A stretch of DNA of 64,000 nucleotides from Carpediemonas membranifera BICM (GCA_019828565.1 JAHDYR010000062.1:74801-138800); one strand, 5' to 3'. Counted from the stretch's first letter, positions 1-11,632 are shown. The notes: a model not told the origin generated them from the sequence alone. Numbers and translations are program-made.

Positions 1-1302
1 CAATGAATGTAAATGTTTACGTGTTCTCTTCGTCCCTTCTATCGTCCAGGATCTGCTGTCAGACGTCCATGAGCGATCATCCCTTGTCCTGCGGAGCAGC
101 CCAACATCAGCTCCAGCTGTTCAGAGCATGCGTACAATGCTTCCGGGGCATGTAGAGTGATCGTGTAGGAGCTTTTATGACGATTCCAGGACGTGGAGTT
201 CAGGAATATGTCCGTATTACCCAGCAAATTTCATCATCTCCATTATTGCTGCAGTATTCAAAGTAAACGCGAACAACACGATTTATCTCCATTCATTGGC
301 GCCTCGAGGAGCGCTTCAGTGCCTCTAGAGCGTGCTTCAGCAGCATTTCGATCGAGATTAAAAATCACCCGAATTCTAGCTCTGTTCTGGCCGCTGCAGG
401 CACCGCTGGGCGCAATAGAGCTCGGAGCGGCGTTGTCTGCCAAAAAGAGCATATTGCTCCCGGTGAAAATTGAACCCACGACCTGGAGGCTGTGTACAAA
501 GTCTCTTCCCTCTATGCCACGACTTATGGGAAATCCGCCCTTATTAAGCTTCCTACAGGGAATATAGGCCATTTTGGAGGTATGAGCGACTGGGAGGGGG
601 GGAATGGGGGGCATTTATGGTATGGCTGGACTCTACTCGGGCAGACTATTATAACGAGGCTCCATCAGACCTCTACGGCCGCTATACGAGGAGAAACGTG
701 CCAGTAAGGGCACTAGCGGCCTATGGCCGCAGCAGCGCCCAGCCAAGCTCAGCTATAGGGTCACCTGAGGCCCCGAATGACGTGCTGATCAGGTCGACTC
801 CCATCTATTGACTTGGTAATTGCAGAGGTCTGAACGCGATGTCCTAATAACCGACTTGGTCGGAGCGGTTCGGCGATGACTCCGCTGTATTCCGCGCCTT
901 CTTCTGATGCCGAAACATGCAGTCCTTTAGAGTCAACGCGCGTCCTGTCCGTCAGGCATGAAGGGCATTCAGCAGAGGCATTGCTGCGGTCTGCAGGCCG
1001 CCCCAGCGCTTCAGGATGGCCAACTGGATGATCTGGACCCATGTCTATCAAATCCATTTTGATCACATCAAACGTGTGTCAAATCCGGCAAATCGATTTT
1101 GCGATAAAAAAAGGGGCAGAGGGGAGGAAGCGACCCATAAGTCGTACCTATGGACCATTTCCTCCCCCCTGCCCGCTTTTTGAGTCTCAACTCTCAATTC
1201 CAATTTGTCCCTATGTTACTTTTTTCTATTGCTCTTTCAGCGTAAAAATGAACAATTGGTTTTGATTCATTCAAAGTTCTGCTCACAAATTGAAGAGAGT
1301 GA

Positions 1303-2231
1303 ATGGTCGTAACTGATTCAGAGAGACTGAACATAGCAACACTTCTCGGAAGTGGAATGTCTATAGCAAACATTGCACGCGTAACGGGCCGTTGCCGCAA
1401 TGTCATCTATGATATCAAGGCCAATAGAGCGAAATGCTCTGGAAAGAGAGTGAGACCAGCTACCAAGATGAGCCCAGAAGTGACGAAGTATGTACGTGAC
1501 TATGTTCTCCAGAATCCGGCTGCTCGGCTTAGCGACATAGCCACTGTCGTGCAGCTGAAGTTCGGTATTTCAGTATCGCTATCCAGCCTCTCCCAGACGA
1601 TACTACACAAAGAGAAGCTTACGCTCAAGGTCGGTGACACCAGATGGATGGAAAGGAATCCAGAGGAAGCCTGGCGTTTCCGTTCATTCTACGCAACGGA
1701 GATTGCCCCGTACTATTCCACCGATCAAGTCTTCTTCCTCGACGAGACTAGCTTCGACCCCCGTCACCTGGCGGTCAAGCGAGTGCGCGGCCCAAAAGGC
1801 GTTAGGACATATGCTTGCCGCAAGGGTGGCCCGGTCGGCCAGCGTTACTCGGTGTGCGCGACTCTTGGCGTCGAAGGGATCAAGCACAGAGTCATAACGA
1901 CAGGTACATTTACTGCTGACAAGTTTCTAGACAATACCATAGAGTTGCTGGGGATGATACCGGGTGCGTCCTCGTGATGGACAATGCCTCCATACACGCA
2001 CTCAAGGGCAAGCTTGACGCCCTAATGCAACTCTATGATGTCCGCATCGTCTTCCTCCCTAAGTATTCGCCATTCTTGAACCCAATCGAGGTTGTGTTCG
2101 CGTGGATCAAGGCGTTTGTTCACACGCACTTTAAGGACATGGGGCGTTTGCCGGCAATACTCGCCGCCTTTGATGACGTTGCCAAGAAAAACATAAGAGG
2201 TCTCTACGAGAAGCATGGATATTCCCATTAA
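1303..2231 (+). pseudogene. IS630/Tc1-type DD35E transposase, frameshifted near 1960-1975
   Basis: N-terminal HTH region, FLDETSF, DNASIH, FLPKYSPFLNPIE. Colinear with the intact paralogue 36825-37793. Confidence 0.9.
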
Positions 2232-2237
2232 AGCTGT

Positions 2238-2439
2238 TTATTCTCTCAATTCTTGGCTGGATGCAACAGATAGAGCTGGCTGAGAAGGTTCGCTGCGCTC
2301 TGCTTCCTCCAAAGACGCAAGGAACGAGATAACGCGAGAGTACCACTCGGGCTTCACTGGGATGGAGATAAAGCCGTGCGACACTTCTCTCCGCGGTGCA
2401 GGCTGATAGTCAGAGGATGAGGGCGTCGAGTGCGGCTTC
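2238..2439 (-). pseudogene. 3' half of the IS630 accessory ORF2 (5' half at 19161-19410)
   Basis: PHSTPSSSDY...FISIPVKPEWYSRVISFLASLEE matches the C-terminal half of the intact copy 36380-36817. Confidence 0.85.
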
Positions 2440-2493
2440 CATACTGTCCAGGGTGCAGGAATTTCCCTTATTGGGTAGGGGAATTTCCTCGGG
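2440..2493 (+). repeat. Left TIR of giant element, followed by GGAATTTCC/GGAAATTCC subterminal repeats to ~2537
   Basis: CATACTGTCCAGGGTGCAGGAATTTCCCTTATTGGGTAGGGGAATTTCCTCGGG. Confidence 0.95.
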
Positions 2494-2680
2494 CTTTCCC
2501 CCGAGGAAATTCCCTGATTGGATAAGGGAAATTCCTGGTGGCTCACTCAATATTAAACTGTTTTAATTAATTATGTCATGTGCGTATACTTCATCGACTC
2601 AAGTAACCGCTTCTGCAAGCACTAATACACTAGTGCTCACAGTGTAGAGTTCTATGCCTTGCAAAAAAAAGTTTTTATGC

Positions 2681-2815
2681 AGAATTGGCGATATCTAGAG
2701 ATTGACACGTTGCCGTTTTTTGCAAATGATGCAGGCGATCCCATACTATCATTCGTTGGGCTTGCCCGATTTTTGAAAAACGGCAACGTGTCATTCCCGA
2801 GATATTCCCAATTCT
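2681..2815. repeat. Long imperfect inverted repeat
   Basis: Perfect 18-bp core TGACACGTTGCCGTTTTT (2703-2720) / AAAAACGGCAACGTGTCA (2776-2793) with imperfect outer arms. Confidence 0.85.
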
Positions 2816-3492
2816 TTTTTGTTTCGACAGATTTGACCATGTGTGCATTTTTAGGCGTATGAACAAACAGCCATATCTCAACGAATACGAGTCATAACAG
2901 CTTAAAACTTTGTTCATGTACGCAATACACGATGTTTCACATCATGCAACCAATAGTGTCAGTGTACGCTCACATTCTTGGTCGGTCAACGCATGACAAA
3001 ACTGAGCCGTTGGAAAGAACAAAGTGAATATTTGGAATGTAGGTCAAGTGTAGAGCACAACTATGTGTTTTTTTCCGAGGAGTCATCGTTCGCTACGGAT
3101 CCCGCGGATTATGTCACGAAATGATGACGGACTTGCGAGAAAAAAAGCTGAACCGACTAATAATGATAAAAGGTGATTTAGGCAGCAGTTGCGTTCCTTT
3201 CGGAGATCTTGACGATCAACCTGAGTTTATGCGCGTCAAGTCTTCTCTAAGATCCAAAATCAGTCAAGTAATTATGTGGTTCCGTTTCAGCGAAGTTTTG
3301 CTGCCGGAATATGCGGGGTTTCCCCCCGTCAATCCCAGGGGCGTCACTTTCCTGCTTGGTCGGGCGTGTGGTTGATTATTGTCTCCCCCGCTAAATACAA
3401 CTACGATTTATGGACAGCCTTCTCTGCATAGACACACGTCAAGACGAACACCGTTCTCACGATCATCCCGAACCTTGATAAACAGCCAGTCT

Positions 3493-5985
3493 TCATTGTT
3501 CCATGACTTTCGCGCTCGTCTCAGCATGCTTTCCTCTGCTTTCCCACAAATGAGCGACGTTCTGCTCGAATTTTCTATTCAGATCGTTGACATCAGACTT
3601 TGGCAACGTTTCTGTCATATCCTGTTGAATACGAATCCATTGAGCGTGATCTTTGCAACATTTGTGTACTCGGAGGCTGATCAGAGGGGAAAGAAGTGGT
3701 ACGTGGCCCTCACGTCGACCATAAGATACAGGACCGCGCAGGAACCGATAGAACATCTCCGCTTGTTCTCTCAGAATAACTTGCTGCAGAACTGTGTTCC
3801 TCCTCAAATGTACACGAGCATCCTGGTTGCCAATGAAGTCTCTCTCGAAGTACTCCTCAATGATGACACCAAAAGGAAGCATTGTTGCGGCTTGTATCTC
3901 GGGAATGGTTGCGACAATTGCATTGCTATATAGCGTCTGAGTGAATGGCCGCATTGATTTTGCCTCGGATGGTGTGGGAACCGGGATGGGCTTATCAGTG
4001 ACCAAGGAGAGGCTTACATGGAGTAAGTGGACCAACAGTGCAGCAACTCGATGCCACCACACGATATCTTCCGTCACTGTCGCAGTTGAGTAATAATGGG
4101 AGAAAAGATATCCCATTAGTCTGAAGATGGACTGAACAGAGACAGGAAACGCATGATAGTACGTCGTTGCCATGTTGGCCATCAACCTGCGGCCTAACAT
4201 ATGCTCATTACACCCAGTTGTACGATCTGGCGGTTTGAAATCTTGGATAGATTGCAGATAACGTCCCCACTGAGCGTTCTCTTCTCGTGAGCCGTCATTC
4301 CGCGGTTTGAACATTCCCGCCATTAGGGCCACCTGACCCATGAAATGATGGCAACAGTGCATGATTGGGGGGATAAGAAACACACTGTCAGGAGCAATCG
4401 ACGATCCCTCAAAGAGAGTTTGACGTAACCTTCTTCTTCTGTATTCCAACGAACGCCTTCGGTCAGTCGCCAGGAGAAAGCTGCCCCAGTGCGCGGCAGG
4501 ATCTGGAATACCCGATGTAGATTCAGCAATACTACCTTCTTTGGCTTGGAGGACGTGCTGAAGTGTGGTCCGGAACGTGGCGCCAAACGGCATCCAACCC
4601 ATGTTTCGCTTACTATTCGATTGGAAAGGCGATGGATAATGCCCTCCTTGCAGCGAGCCCACAACTGTCGACATGGCAGGGTGGTCACCAATCAGCAATA
4701 CTCTGTTGATTCTTGCCCACCTTCCAGTTTCTCGCACTTGGAATGACTTCTGGATTGCCTCTTCCACGTTAGACTGAATATACTCAAAGTATGTTGGCAA
4801 AAGATCCTCCTTTCCCTGGTACTCAAGCAGTCTGAATGGTGATGTCACTCTCTGCGGAAAGACCTCTCCTGTCATGTCAATCAGCCTGAATTTGACAGCG
4901 GTCGTAGTCCCTCGCCATGCATCAAACCAGATGAGAATGTCAACTGGAATGTAGCTAGCTTCAACACGCGCTTCTCTGCTAACATGTGTCGTTGTATCAT
5001 ACCAAATATCTCTGGCTGTCTCGAGATACTGTGGTGACTGAATGCCTCGTGCAATACGGCTGGAAATGTTATACTTAACCGACTTGACAAAGGCCCACCG
5101 ATCGCTTTTCAACTTGGTGGGGTTGAGGTGGGAAAGCATGGAGACACATTGATCTCGTTCATCTTCGCTGTTGAAGAAGATAGTAATGTGCGTTCCATCA
5201 TGTAAGTAGTTGTTGACCGGAACCGGCAAGGAGCCTATTGCGTCAGCTGCAATTGGGAAACGTGTCGTATGTTCGAGAGGGAACTTCTGGTTGTTTTGAT
5301 CATAACGAAACGTGTTGTGCGAACAGTGTATCTCGTCTGGTACAAGACTCTCGAAAAAATCTGCCTCGTGATCTTTCATGGCTTCTTTCACTCCGAACAC
5401 GTTCCTAATATCACACCCAAGGTCTTTGAGAGCATAATGTGAGACATCAAACTTCATGGTCTGGATACCCAGCCTTTTGGCGATCGCGTTAAAGACAGTA
5501 ACCTCATCATCAACGACATTGACACCTTCAGTGATCCGCTTGAGCGCCATTGCGAACTGAAATGCATGCTCGGTGTTCTCAATCTTCTCGAGTAGCAGGT
5601 GGTTGTCCTCGCACAAGCTATCTCTCTCGTCCGACGCAGGTGAGAAGGCATGGGACCATGTTGGTGTGTACTCTCTGACAGTAGCACATATGTTACGTCG
5701 AAAACGATCCGTATTACCATCAAGCAAGGAAACAAAGACAGGATCAAGAATGCTCTTGTCAATATCACCATCAGTTAGAGATAGCAAGACAGCCTTGAAC
5801 AACGAACGCGAATCCTTATCGCATTGACGGAACCGTCGATCCATGCCATTAGCGTGGTGTCCTTGGATCGAGGTGTAAACGTTTGCTAGAATGACATTGA
5901 CGGCGGAAACGCTTGATGGTGCTAGAATGTTACCGTAAGGTGTCATTCTCCAGATGACCAAAGTAGCTTGTGTGGAGATATGCAT
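3493..5985 (-). CDS. Putative DDE transposase of the giant element (CMC/Transib-like)
   Basis: 830-aa ORF with motifs in the expected order: ILIWFDAW (D1), LLIGDHPA (D2), PPIMH, LPFGVIIEEYFE (E, similar to Transib/RAG1 region). Located next to the left TIR. Confidence 0.65.
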   Translation of the reverse strand: MHISTQATLVIWRMTPYGNILAPSSVSAVNVILANVYTSIQGHHANGMDRRFRQCDKDSRSLFKAVLLSLTDGDIDKSILDPVFVSLLDGNTDRFRRNICATVREYTPTWSHAFSPASDERDSLCEDNHLLLEKIENTEHAFQFAMALKRITEGVNVVDDEVTVFNAIAKRLGIQTMKFDVSHYALKDLGCDIRNVFGVKEAMKDHEADFFESLVPDEIHCSHNTFRYDQNNQKFPLEHTTRFPIAADAIGSLPVPVNNYLHDGTHITIFFNSEDERDQCVSMLSHLNPTKLKSDRWAFVKSVKYNISSRIARGIQSPQYLETARDIWYDTTTHVSREARVEASYIPVDILIWFDAWRGTTTAVKFRLIDMTGEVFPQRVTSPFRLLEYQGKEDLLPTYFEYIQSNVEEAIQKSFQVRETGRWARINRVLLIGDHPAMSTVVGSLQGGHYPSPFQSNSKRNMGWMPFGATFRTTLQHVLQAKEGSIAESTSGIPDPAAHWGSFLLATDRRRSLEYRRRRLRQTLFEGSSIAPDSVFLIPPIMHCCHHFMGQVALMAGMFKPRNDGSREENAQWGRYLQSIQDFKPPDRTTGCNEHMLGRRLMANMATTYYHAFPVSVQSIFRLMGYLFSHYYSTATVTEDIVWWHRVAALLVHLLHVSLSLVTDKPIPVPTPSEAKSMRPFTQTLYSNAIVATIPEIQAATMLPFGVIIEEYFERDFIGNQDARVHLRRNTVLQQVILREQAEMFYRFLRGPVSYGRREGHVPLLSPLISLRVHKCCKDHAQWIRIQQDMTETLPKSDVNDLNRKFEQNVAHLWESRGKHAETSAKVMEQ

Positions 5986-7633
5986 GTCCTCCCAGTTTTG
6001 TTTCCTTTACGTTTTTTCGCTGTTTATATTGGTCCTACGTAAAAAATGTCGATGCCATTTTCTCCACCTCATTTTGGCAGTGCAGTTTAAGAACAGCTAT
6101 AGGGGGAACATGACTGATTCTAATCACAGACAATTGTCGCTCAGTGTTTGTGACCTTTACTGGAACTCTTGTGTCCTGTGCAAAACTTTGCCCAACAACC
6201 TGCCGGGCTATTTAGAACAAGCCACAAGGGTCTTCTTTATGTTCCCTGCGCGTTCGCATTTCTATCACATCTTTCAAGACCTGGAGACGTTTGATGACAT
6301 GCTTCAGCTTGCTTGTCTTCACGCGCAAGAGCTTGAGAATTCGGATCAGGCATCGCAGGTTGCCCGGATTCTCTCTCGCGTCATCAAACTGCGAAGCCAT
6401 CCACAGCTAAGCATGGATGTTCAGCTTCGCGAAGGCGAATCGCTGCCCGACCGTCTTCACACGCTTATACAAGGGACGTTGTGGGCCATACTGAGGACGG
6501 TGACCGATGGTGACTCGAGCGCTCTCTGGTTCATGTGCAGGAAGTTCATGTTTTCACATAGTGTTGCTAAGAGAGATCGGACTGTCATCAAGAGCTATGA
6601 TGCATCAGAGCTCGTGCATTATTGTGGGTTTGTCTTCCACGACAATCATCGTTCATTCCGTCACCGGATCATGCGGTTCTGGTCTGATGGCAAGTGTTTC
6701 TTCTTCTCAACCAGCAAGGCGTTCTACATTGGCAACTTGTGGTTCGCTCGTGTTACATCTGTCCATCAGGCGGTTTTCCCCGCAGCCATAGCTGAGAAGC
6801 TTGCCAAGATGCATCTGTGGTGCAGGCATCGATTTGTTCTTGACTGCCACTGCAACACTTACATCATGTTGCACACAATGCACGGGGTGCTCGTTACAGC
6901 GCCTTCTCAGGAGTATGGCGTTAATATGATGGCTTGGTTTGGACACGATGTGGCCCTCACTCACCGATTCTCTTCGTTTGCTAAGGTGAAACTTCCCGTC
7001 AATCTTGGAGGGATCAGGGCCGTGCCTGGACTTGTTATCTTGTCCGGAACGGTCCGGGCATCCAAGACAAAGAATATAGTCCCAGCCCAGTTCTTCACCG
7101 GTAATACCACTGGTCATATTCCCGCTGATGACATGACGGATGTCGCCCATCCGGGGTTCAGGAGGACACCTGTCTGGATCGACGCAATCATCTTTGTTGC
7201 ACAGTCTAGGTTTATGATCGTTAGATCTGGCAATGATTGCTATCTCATCGGTAGATCCCGACTCATCCCCAACATTGTCCGATCTCTATTTTTGGACCCA
7301 AACCCGATTCCTTGCAGCGAACATGAGGTGTATAGGTTGTACCCACTTTCCAAGTTTGTGCTATTGCCCAACAACGTCCTTATCTATGTGCGAGTAGACG
7401 GCGGGAGCAGACAAACTGTGGTTTCGAGACAATCGCATGGGTTTCCTGCTATTGCGCGCTTTGAGGCATCAAAATATGCAGTGACACTGATGGATAAGTC
7501 CCCCAGCACTTACTGGCTGTTCAACCCACTCAACAAACGGTGGTACGCGTACAACAATATTCTGCGGTGGACACCAACTCTTCCATGGATGCCGTTGTAT
7601 GAGAAACCAATACCAGCAGAAATTGTTGTTTGA
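5954..7633 (+). CDS. Hypothetical cargo protein (~510-560 aa; likely start near 6110)
   Basis: Long uninterrupted ORF divergent from the transposase; no motif recognised. Confidence 0.7.
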   Translation: MTKVACVEICMSSQFCFLYVFSLFILVLRKKCRCHFLHLILAVQFKNSYRGNMTDSNHRQLSLSVCDLYWNSCVLCKTLPNNLPGYLEQATRVFFMFPARSHFYHIFQDLETFDDMLQLACLHAQELENSDQASQVARILSRVIKLRSHPQLSMDVQLREGESLPDRLHTLIQGTLWAILRTVTDGDSSALWFMCRKFMFSHSVAKRDRTVIKSYDASELVHYCGFVFHDNHRSFRHRIMRFWSDGKCFFFSTSKAFYIGNLWFARVTSVHQAVFPAAIAEKLAKMHLWCRHRFVLDCHCNTYIMLHTMHGVLVTAPSQEYGVNMMAWFGHDVALTHRFSSFAKVKLPVNLGGIRAVPGLVILSGTVRASKTKNIVPAQFFTGNTTGHIPADDMTDVAHPGFRRTPVWIDAIIFVAQSRFMIVRSGNDCYLIGRSRLIPNIVRSLFLDPNPIPCSEHEVYRLYPLSKFVLLPNNVLIYVRVDGGSRQTVVSRQSHGFPAIARFEASKYAVTLMDKSPSTYWLFNPLNKRWYAYNNILRWTPTLPWMPLYEKPIPAEIVV

Positions 7634-7845
7634 CCCACATTGCCCAATAAACGCGTAATAGAAACGTCTCCACACCTTCCCCACCTTCCCCAGCGGGGAC
7701 GACAGTCAATCTACTGCAGCGAATTTGCTGCCGTGGGATGATGTTGACCCCAGTGAGTGGCTAACCCCGGCCGGCCGCTGTATGTAGATAAGCCGCAAGT
7801 GATTAAATTACATAAAGGCTGGATCGCTTCTTCCTTCCTTTACTC

Positions 7846-9075
7846 TCACAATGCCAGACTCGGATTCAGTGCCAGGAGGCTTTCCTTGCAGACCTGGCAA
7901 AATAAGAACCTGGCAACGGTTCCATCAATCGAGGTCTCCCACATGGCCACACCGCATGGCTTGCAATACCAAGATTTGCACATGTTGCAGAAGAAAGAGT
8001 CCCTTCCCTTTGACGATTTGATCTTAGCCTTGCAGCGGGTGCATTCAGAAGCAGCAGCACAATCCGGACACGTGAAATTGGTAATGGCCTTCTTCCCATT
8101 GCTGAGCCACCTCACGCACCTCCCATGGTAGTAGCGGTTGCATGATCCGCACTGGGCGAAGTCAGTTTCGTTCTCCGGATTGCCCAACCAATCCGGGGAA
8201 GTGCAATGCCCGCAGCAAAATGCTAGTTGACGCATAAACATATCGAAAGAAATCAGCGGACCTGTCTTCTCAGCAATGCTGACATCACTGTCATCACTGT
8301 CATCAGCAGTAGGACGCTTCAGCTCTTGCTGATGTGCCATATCGAACTTTCGTTCACCAACAACGTATTGGTGAAGATCCTGGATCATTTGGTGTTGGAC
8401 CGAAGGATTTGTCAGAGAAGAGTCACGAGCGGGAGTCTTCGCATCTCTTTCAGTCTTAATGGATCCAAGAAGGCTGTTATCGTTGAGCAGTGACTCAGAT
8501 TTGATTGGAGACGCAGGAAAGCTGGGTTCATCTCCCCTCAGCCTTTTGGTCTGCACGCTTTGCTTGTGATATCTTTGCCTGGCATCAAGAAGTAGACCTG
8601 TCGGGAAGATGAACTTCATCTTCTTCAGGTTCTCGATGTCCATATCAGGGGCGTTGGCTAGTCTGAGGACATTCGCCATCTCCTTCATGAAAACTGACAG
8701 ATCCTTGGCGCTAGGCTTCTCTTTCGGCGTCAACTGGTGGTAGATGATCGGCTTAGTCTTGGTGTAACCGAGCTTATAACCCAAATCTCTCGCCCAGTCT
8801 AGCAACCCCTTCTCGTTGAAGTTCTTCTTCTTCAAAGCAACAAAACCACCGTACACAGGGACAAGCAAGTTCGACACGACAGTGTTATAGGCCGATAACA
8901 CGGAGTCTTTGGGCATTCCCAGTGAGAGGCCACTGTCTACGTCGATATCATCGACAATGACAAAGAAGCATGTCAACATGGCCCGAAAAGTGATCTTTGA
9001 AAGATTTGTAGTAAGATCATGACCAGTGAACGCGCGATAGGTTCCAGGAGACTTCTTTTTCGGCACTTGCTTCAT
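7846..9075 (-). CDS. Protein with tandem C-terminal PHD-like zinc fingers
   Basis: CGHC...CGSC.RYYHGRC...FTCPDC (C4HC3) followed by CTRC...CNMCKSWYCKPC...FCQVC. Confidence 0.8.
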   Translation of the reverse strand: MKQVPKKKSPGTYRAFTGHDLTTNLSKITFRAMLTCFFVIVDDIDVDSGLSLGMPKDSVLSAYNTVVSNLLVPVYGGFVALKKKNFNEKGLLDWARDLGYKLGYTKTKPIIYHQLTPKEKPSAKDLSVFMKEMANVLRLANAPDMDIENLKKMKFIFPTGLLLDARQRYHKQSVQTKRLRGDEPSFPASPIKSESLLNDNSLLGSIKTERDAKTPARDSSLTNPSVQHQMIQDLHQYVVGERKFDMAHQQELKRPTADDSDDSDVSIAEKTGPLISFDMFMRQLAFCCGHCTSPDWLGNPENETDFAQCGSCNRYYHGRCVRWLSNGKKAITNFTCPDCAAASECTRCKAKIKSSKGRDSFFCNMCKSWYCKPCGVAMWETSIDGTVARFLFCQVCKESLLALNPSLAL

Positions 9076-9116
9076 TTCGTTCGATATGTTTATAACGTAA
9101 ATGAATTATGTAAAGG

Positions 9117-9494
9117 GTGTCACTGAGAATGAAACCAATGAAACCACATCTAGAAACGCCTGAGGGAGCTGCATCACAAGTGGTCAGCATTTCATCGGAC
9201 ATTATGCGCGGAATTGGCATTGTTGAAGAAATTCAAAGCCGCTTTTGTTTAGATAGTCGCTTGGAATCAATATGCAGATCAATAATGGCAGAAACAGGCA
9301 AAATGAAGGCAATTGGTGCTGCTTATGTTTATGACTACAACAAAGACTCATTAAAGCAGCACGAGTACATTTCATTTGGAGAAGTGCTCAGTTTGACGAA
9401 TACCGTGTGGACATCTGTAACTCATCTCAGACTGATCTTAGAGCTCCCAAAGCGGAGACTGAGAACAGTTCTCGCCATACAATGTCAGGGATGA
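9117..9494 (+). CDS. Possible small cargo ORF
   Basis: 125-aa ORF divergent from the PHD gene; no motif recognised. Confidence 0.3.
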   Translation: MSLRMKPMKPHLETPEGAASQVVSISSDIMRGIGIVEEIQSRFCLDSRLESICRSIMAETGKMKAIGAAYVYDYNKDSLKQHEYISFGEVLSLTNTVWTSVTHLRLILELPKRRLRTVLAIQCQG

Positions 9495-9562
9495 CCTGAT
9501 ATCTCTATTTCGCGGTTGCTTGTTCCGCCCTGTCGCCGTGCCCATTTACTTCAACTGCTCCA

Positions 9563-11188
9563 CTAGCATGAACGCCCTTCCAGGGGAAACTCCAGCTTCT
9601 CTCCCTGTGTTACACGAGCTTTTGTCTTCTTCTCTCGAGAGTGCTGTGCGATGATAGCCTTCATCTCAGGCGTAAGACCGAGGTCTAGGGGTGGGACCGT
9701 TATGAACTTCTGGCCCCCGTACCTCATCATGGTGCTATTGATCCGAGTCCACAAAGCTCCAGCCACATTGTTCCTCTGGAACAGTTCCATCAAGGCAGCG
9801 AGAGCAACGTAGCGGTCAAGCTCGATTGTTGCCTCCTCGGCGCGCCTGATAAGCTCCGCCCAGTTGTCTTCGAGTTCATCGGCGAGTGCTTCAAGCCCAG
9901 CCTCACTCGCGCGTGCCAACTCTGCTTGAGTAAACTGATGGATCGCCTGATCCTCGCCCTTCTGCTGACCTAACTCAGCTTCTAGTCTCTTCTGGGACTC
10001 CTCAGAATCTCTGTTAGCCTGTTCAAGCGCCTCCCTCGCCTCCCTCTCCTCAGCAAGCCGTTTCATCAAGGGCTCGTACTGCTCCAACAAGCGCACAGAC
10101 TCGGGTACATCATCAAGGCCTGCAATGGTGTCGTCTAGCTGTGCTAAGCTGTGATTAAGCAGGGACACTGGCTCGCGGACGTCATGATCGGCCTCTGCAT
10201 CAACATCGTAAACCGTCTGGAGACCAACGGTGTCTGTGTCGTCCACATCGGACTCTACTTCGACGTCTTGATCAGTCTGGGGCAAAGGAACGCCGTCACC
10301 CTGCATGGCGGCCGGTTCAGCGTGGCCATCGGACTCGTCCTCGTCAGTGTCGGAAAATTCCACGGCGTCGCTGGCGGGTGGTGTCACATATGCATGCCCT
10401 GTATCTTGCGCATAGGATGCAGTAACGAGTTCAAGCGAGTGTATGGCTTCCTCGCGGTCATTCCTTGCCTGAATAGCTTCGGCGGCTGCCTTGGCAACAT
10501 CTCGACGCAACCGCTCAAGCTGGGCTGATGTCACATCGCTTCCCGGATCATTCTTGCAACCAGAAAGAATGTCCTCGTAGGGGGAATGCACGCGGCGGGC
10601 CTCGACAGTGCCCTCAGGGGCGACGAAGAGAGCGCGAAGGATCAGGTTGACTTGATCTGGAAGAAAGAGACGGCCTGTTCCTTCTAGATGAATAGAGCCA
10701 CGATGTGACGGCATGACAGCCTCGCGGTTATCCTCAAAGGTGATCGCTGATCCGGTGTAGTGGTCAAAAAACTGCTTCCGCACGATTTCAACCTGATCAT
10801 CCTCCATAAACAAGCCTGCAGGAACCTTAGACAGCTCGGGCCGGGCAAGGTCGTCACTAATGGCCATGAGCTCGGGAAGGGAAGCCTTGTTGATGAGATC
10901 CATTAGTGAAACTCGGCCAGCGAGACCAAACACATCACGAATCTCGTCAATGACGATGTTATCGACCAGCGCGCATCTCAGGGCTGTCTTCGTTATCACT
11001 TTGTGCTCCTTGAGGTGCTCCAAGCGGCTCTTATTCGTCCGGAGTGCGAACCATCTCTCGAACATACTCTTATCTGCTCGAATAGCCTTACGCTCTTGAC
11101 CAGGTGCAGCAGAAGCAATCCTAACGGTCTTCTCATGATGCTCACGAATCCAGCTGCGTAGAATAGTGATATCTAGCATCTTTTCCAA
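9563..11188 (-). CDS. Hypothetical acidic coiled-coil protein
   Basis: 541-aa ORF (start uncertain) with a D/E-rich central tract and E/A/R/L heptad-like segments. Confidence 0.75.
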   Translation of the reverse strand: MEKMLDITILRSWIREHHEKTVRIASAAPGQERKAIRADKSMFERWFALRTNKSRLEHLKEHKVITKTALRCALVDNIVIDEIRDVFGLAGRVSLMDLINKASLPELMAISDDLARPELSKVPAGLFMEDDQVEIVRKQFFDHYTGSAITFEDNREAVMPSHRGSIHLEGTGRLFLPDQVNLILRALFVAPEGTVEARRVHSPYEDILSGCKNDPGSDVTSAQLERLRRDVAKAAAEAIQARNDREEAIHSLELVTASYAQDTGHAYVTPPASDAVEFSDTDEDESDGHAEPAAMQGDGVPLPQTDQDVEVESDVDDTDTVGLQTVYDVDAEADHDVREPVSLLNHSLAQLDDTIAGLDDVPESVRLLEQYEPLMKRLAEEREAREALEQANRDSEESQKRLEAELGQQKGEDQAIHQFTQAELARASEAGLEALADELEDNWAELIRRAEEATIELDRYVALAALMELFQRNNVAGALWTRINSTMMRYGGQKFITVPPLDLGLTPEMKAIIAQHSREKKTKARVTQGEKLEFPLEGRSC

Positions 11189-11632
11189 AATTTCACAGCA
11201 ATGCAGTGTTATTTTCAGAGTGAATATTTTGTTCTTTCGAAATAAGATGCAGGAAGAGCTTTAGTATATAGCACGTACGACTGAAGGCATTTTAAGCATG
11301 TTTATAGCATGTATATGCAGGTAGTTGATTGTAGGTACTGTCAAAATTTTCTGTTTACGCAAAGCAATATAAATATGCCAATTCATCACGTAAAACTTCT
11401 GGAGCCGTGTTCAGACAGTCAGAGAACCCACCATACCGCTTTTCAGCCAGAATAGACTCAACCCTAATTTTGCTTTACGTATATCTCGGTAAATAGACTC
11501 GAACGATATGTAAAAATCTTGGATCCGTCCTAACATATCAAATACTACACATATACCAAGTTTCAGCCAAATCCAAGCCGAGAAGATCACCCCCGTCAAG
11601 CCCATGGACAATGGTAGGTCAGCGTGGTTTTG

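Noticed and set aside
1955-1980. Programmed frameshift as in bacterial IS630
   Set aside because: No slippery run at the junction, and the paralogue 36825-37793 is a single ORF.
2455-2540. NF-kB-like GGGAATTTCC sites
   Set aside because: They lie in the TIR/subterminal repeats of a protist transposon and are better explained as transposase-binding repeats.
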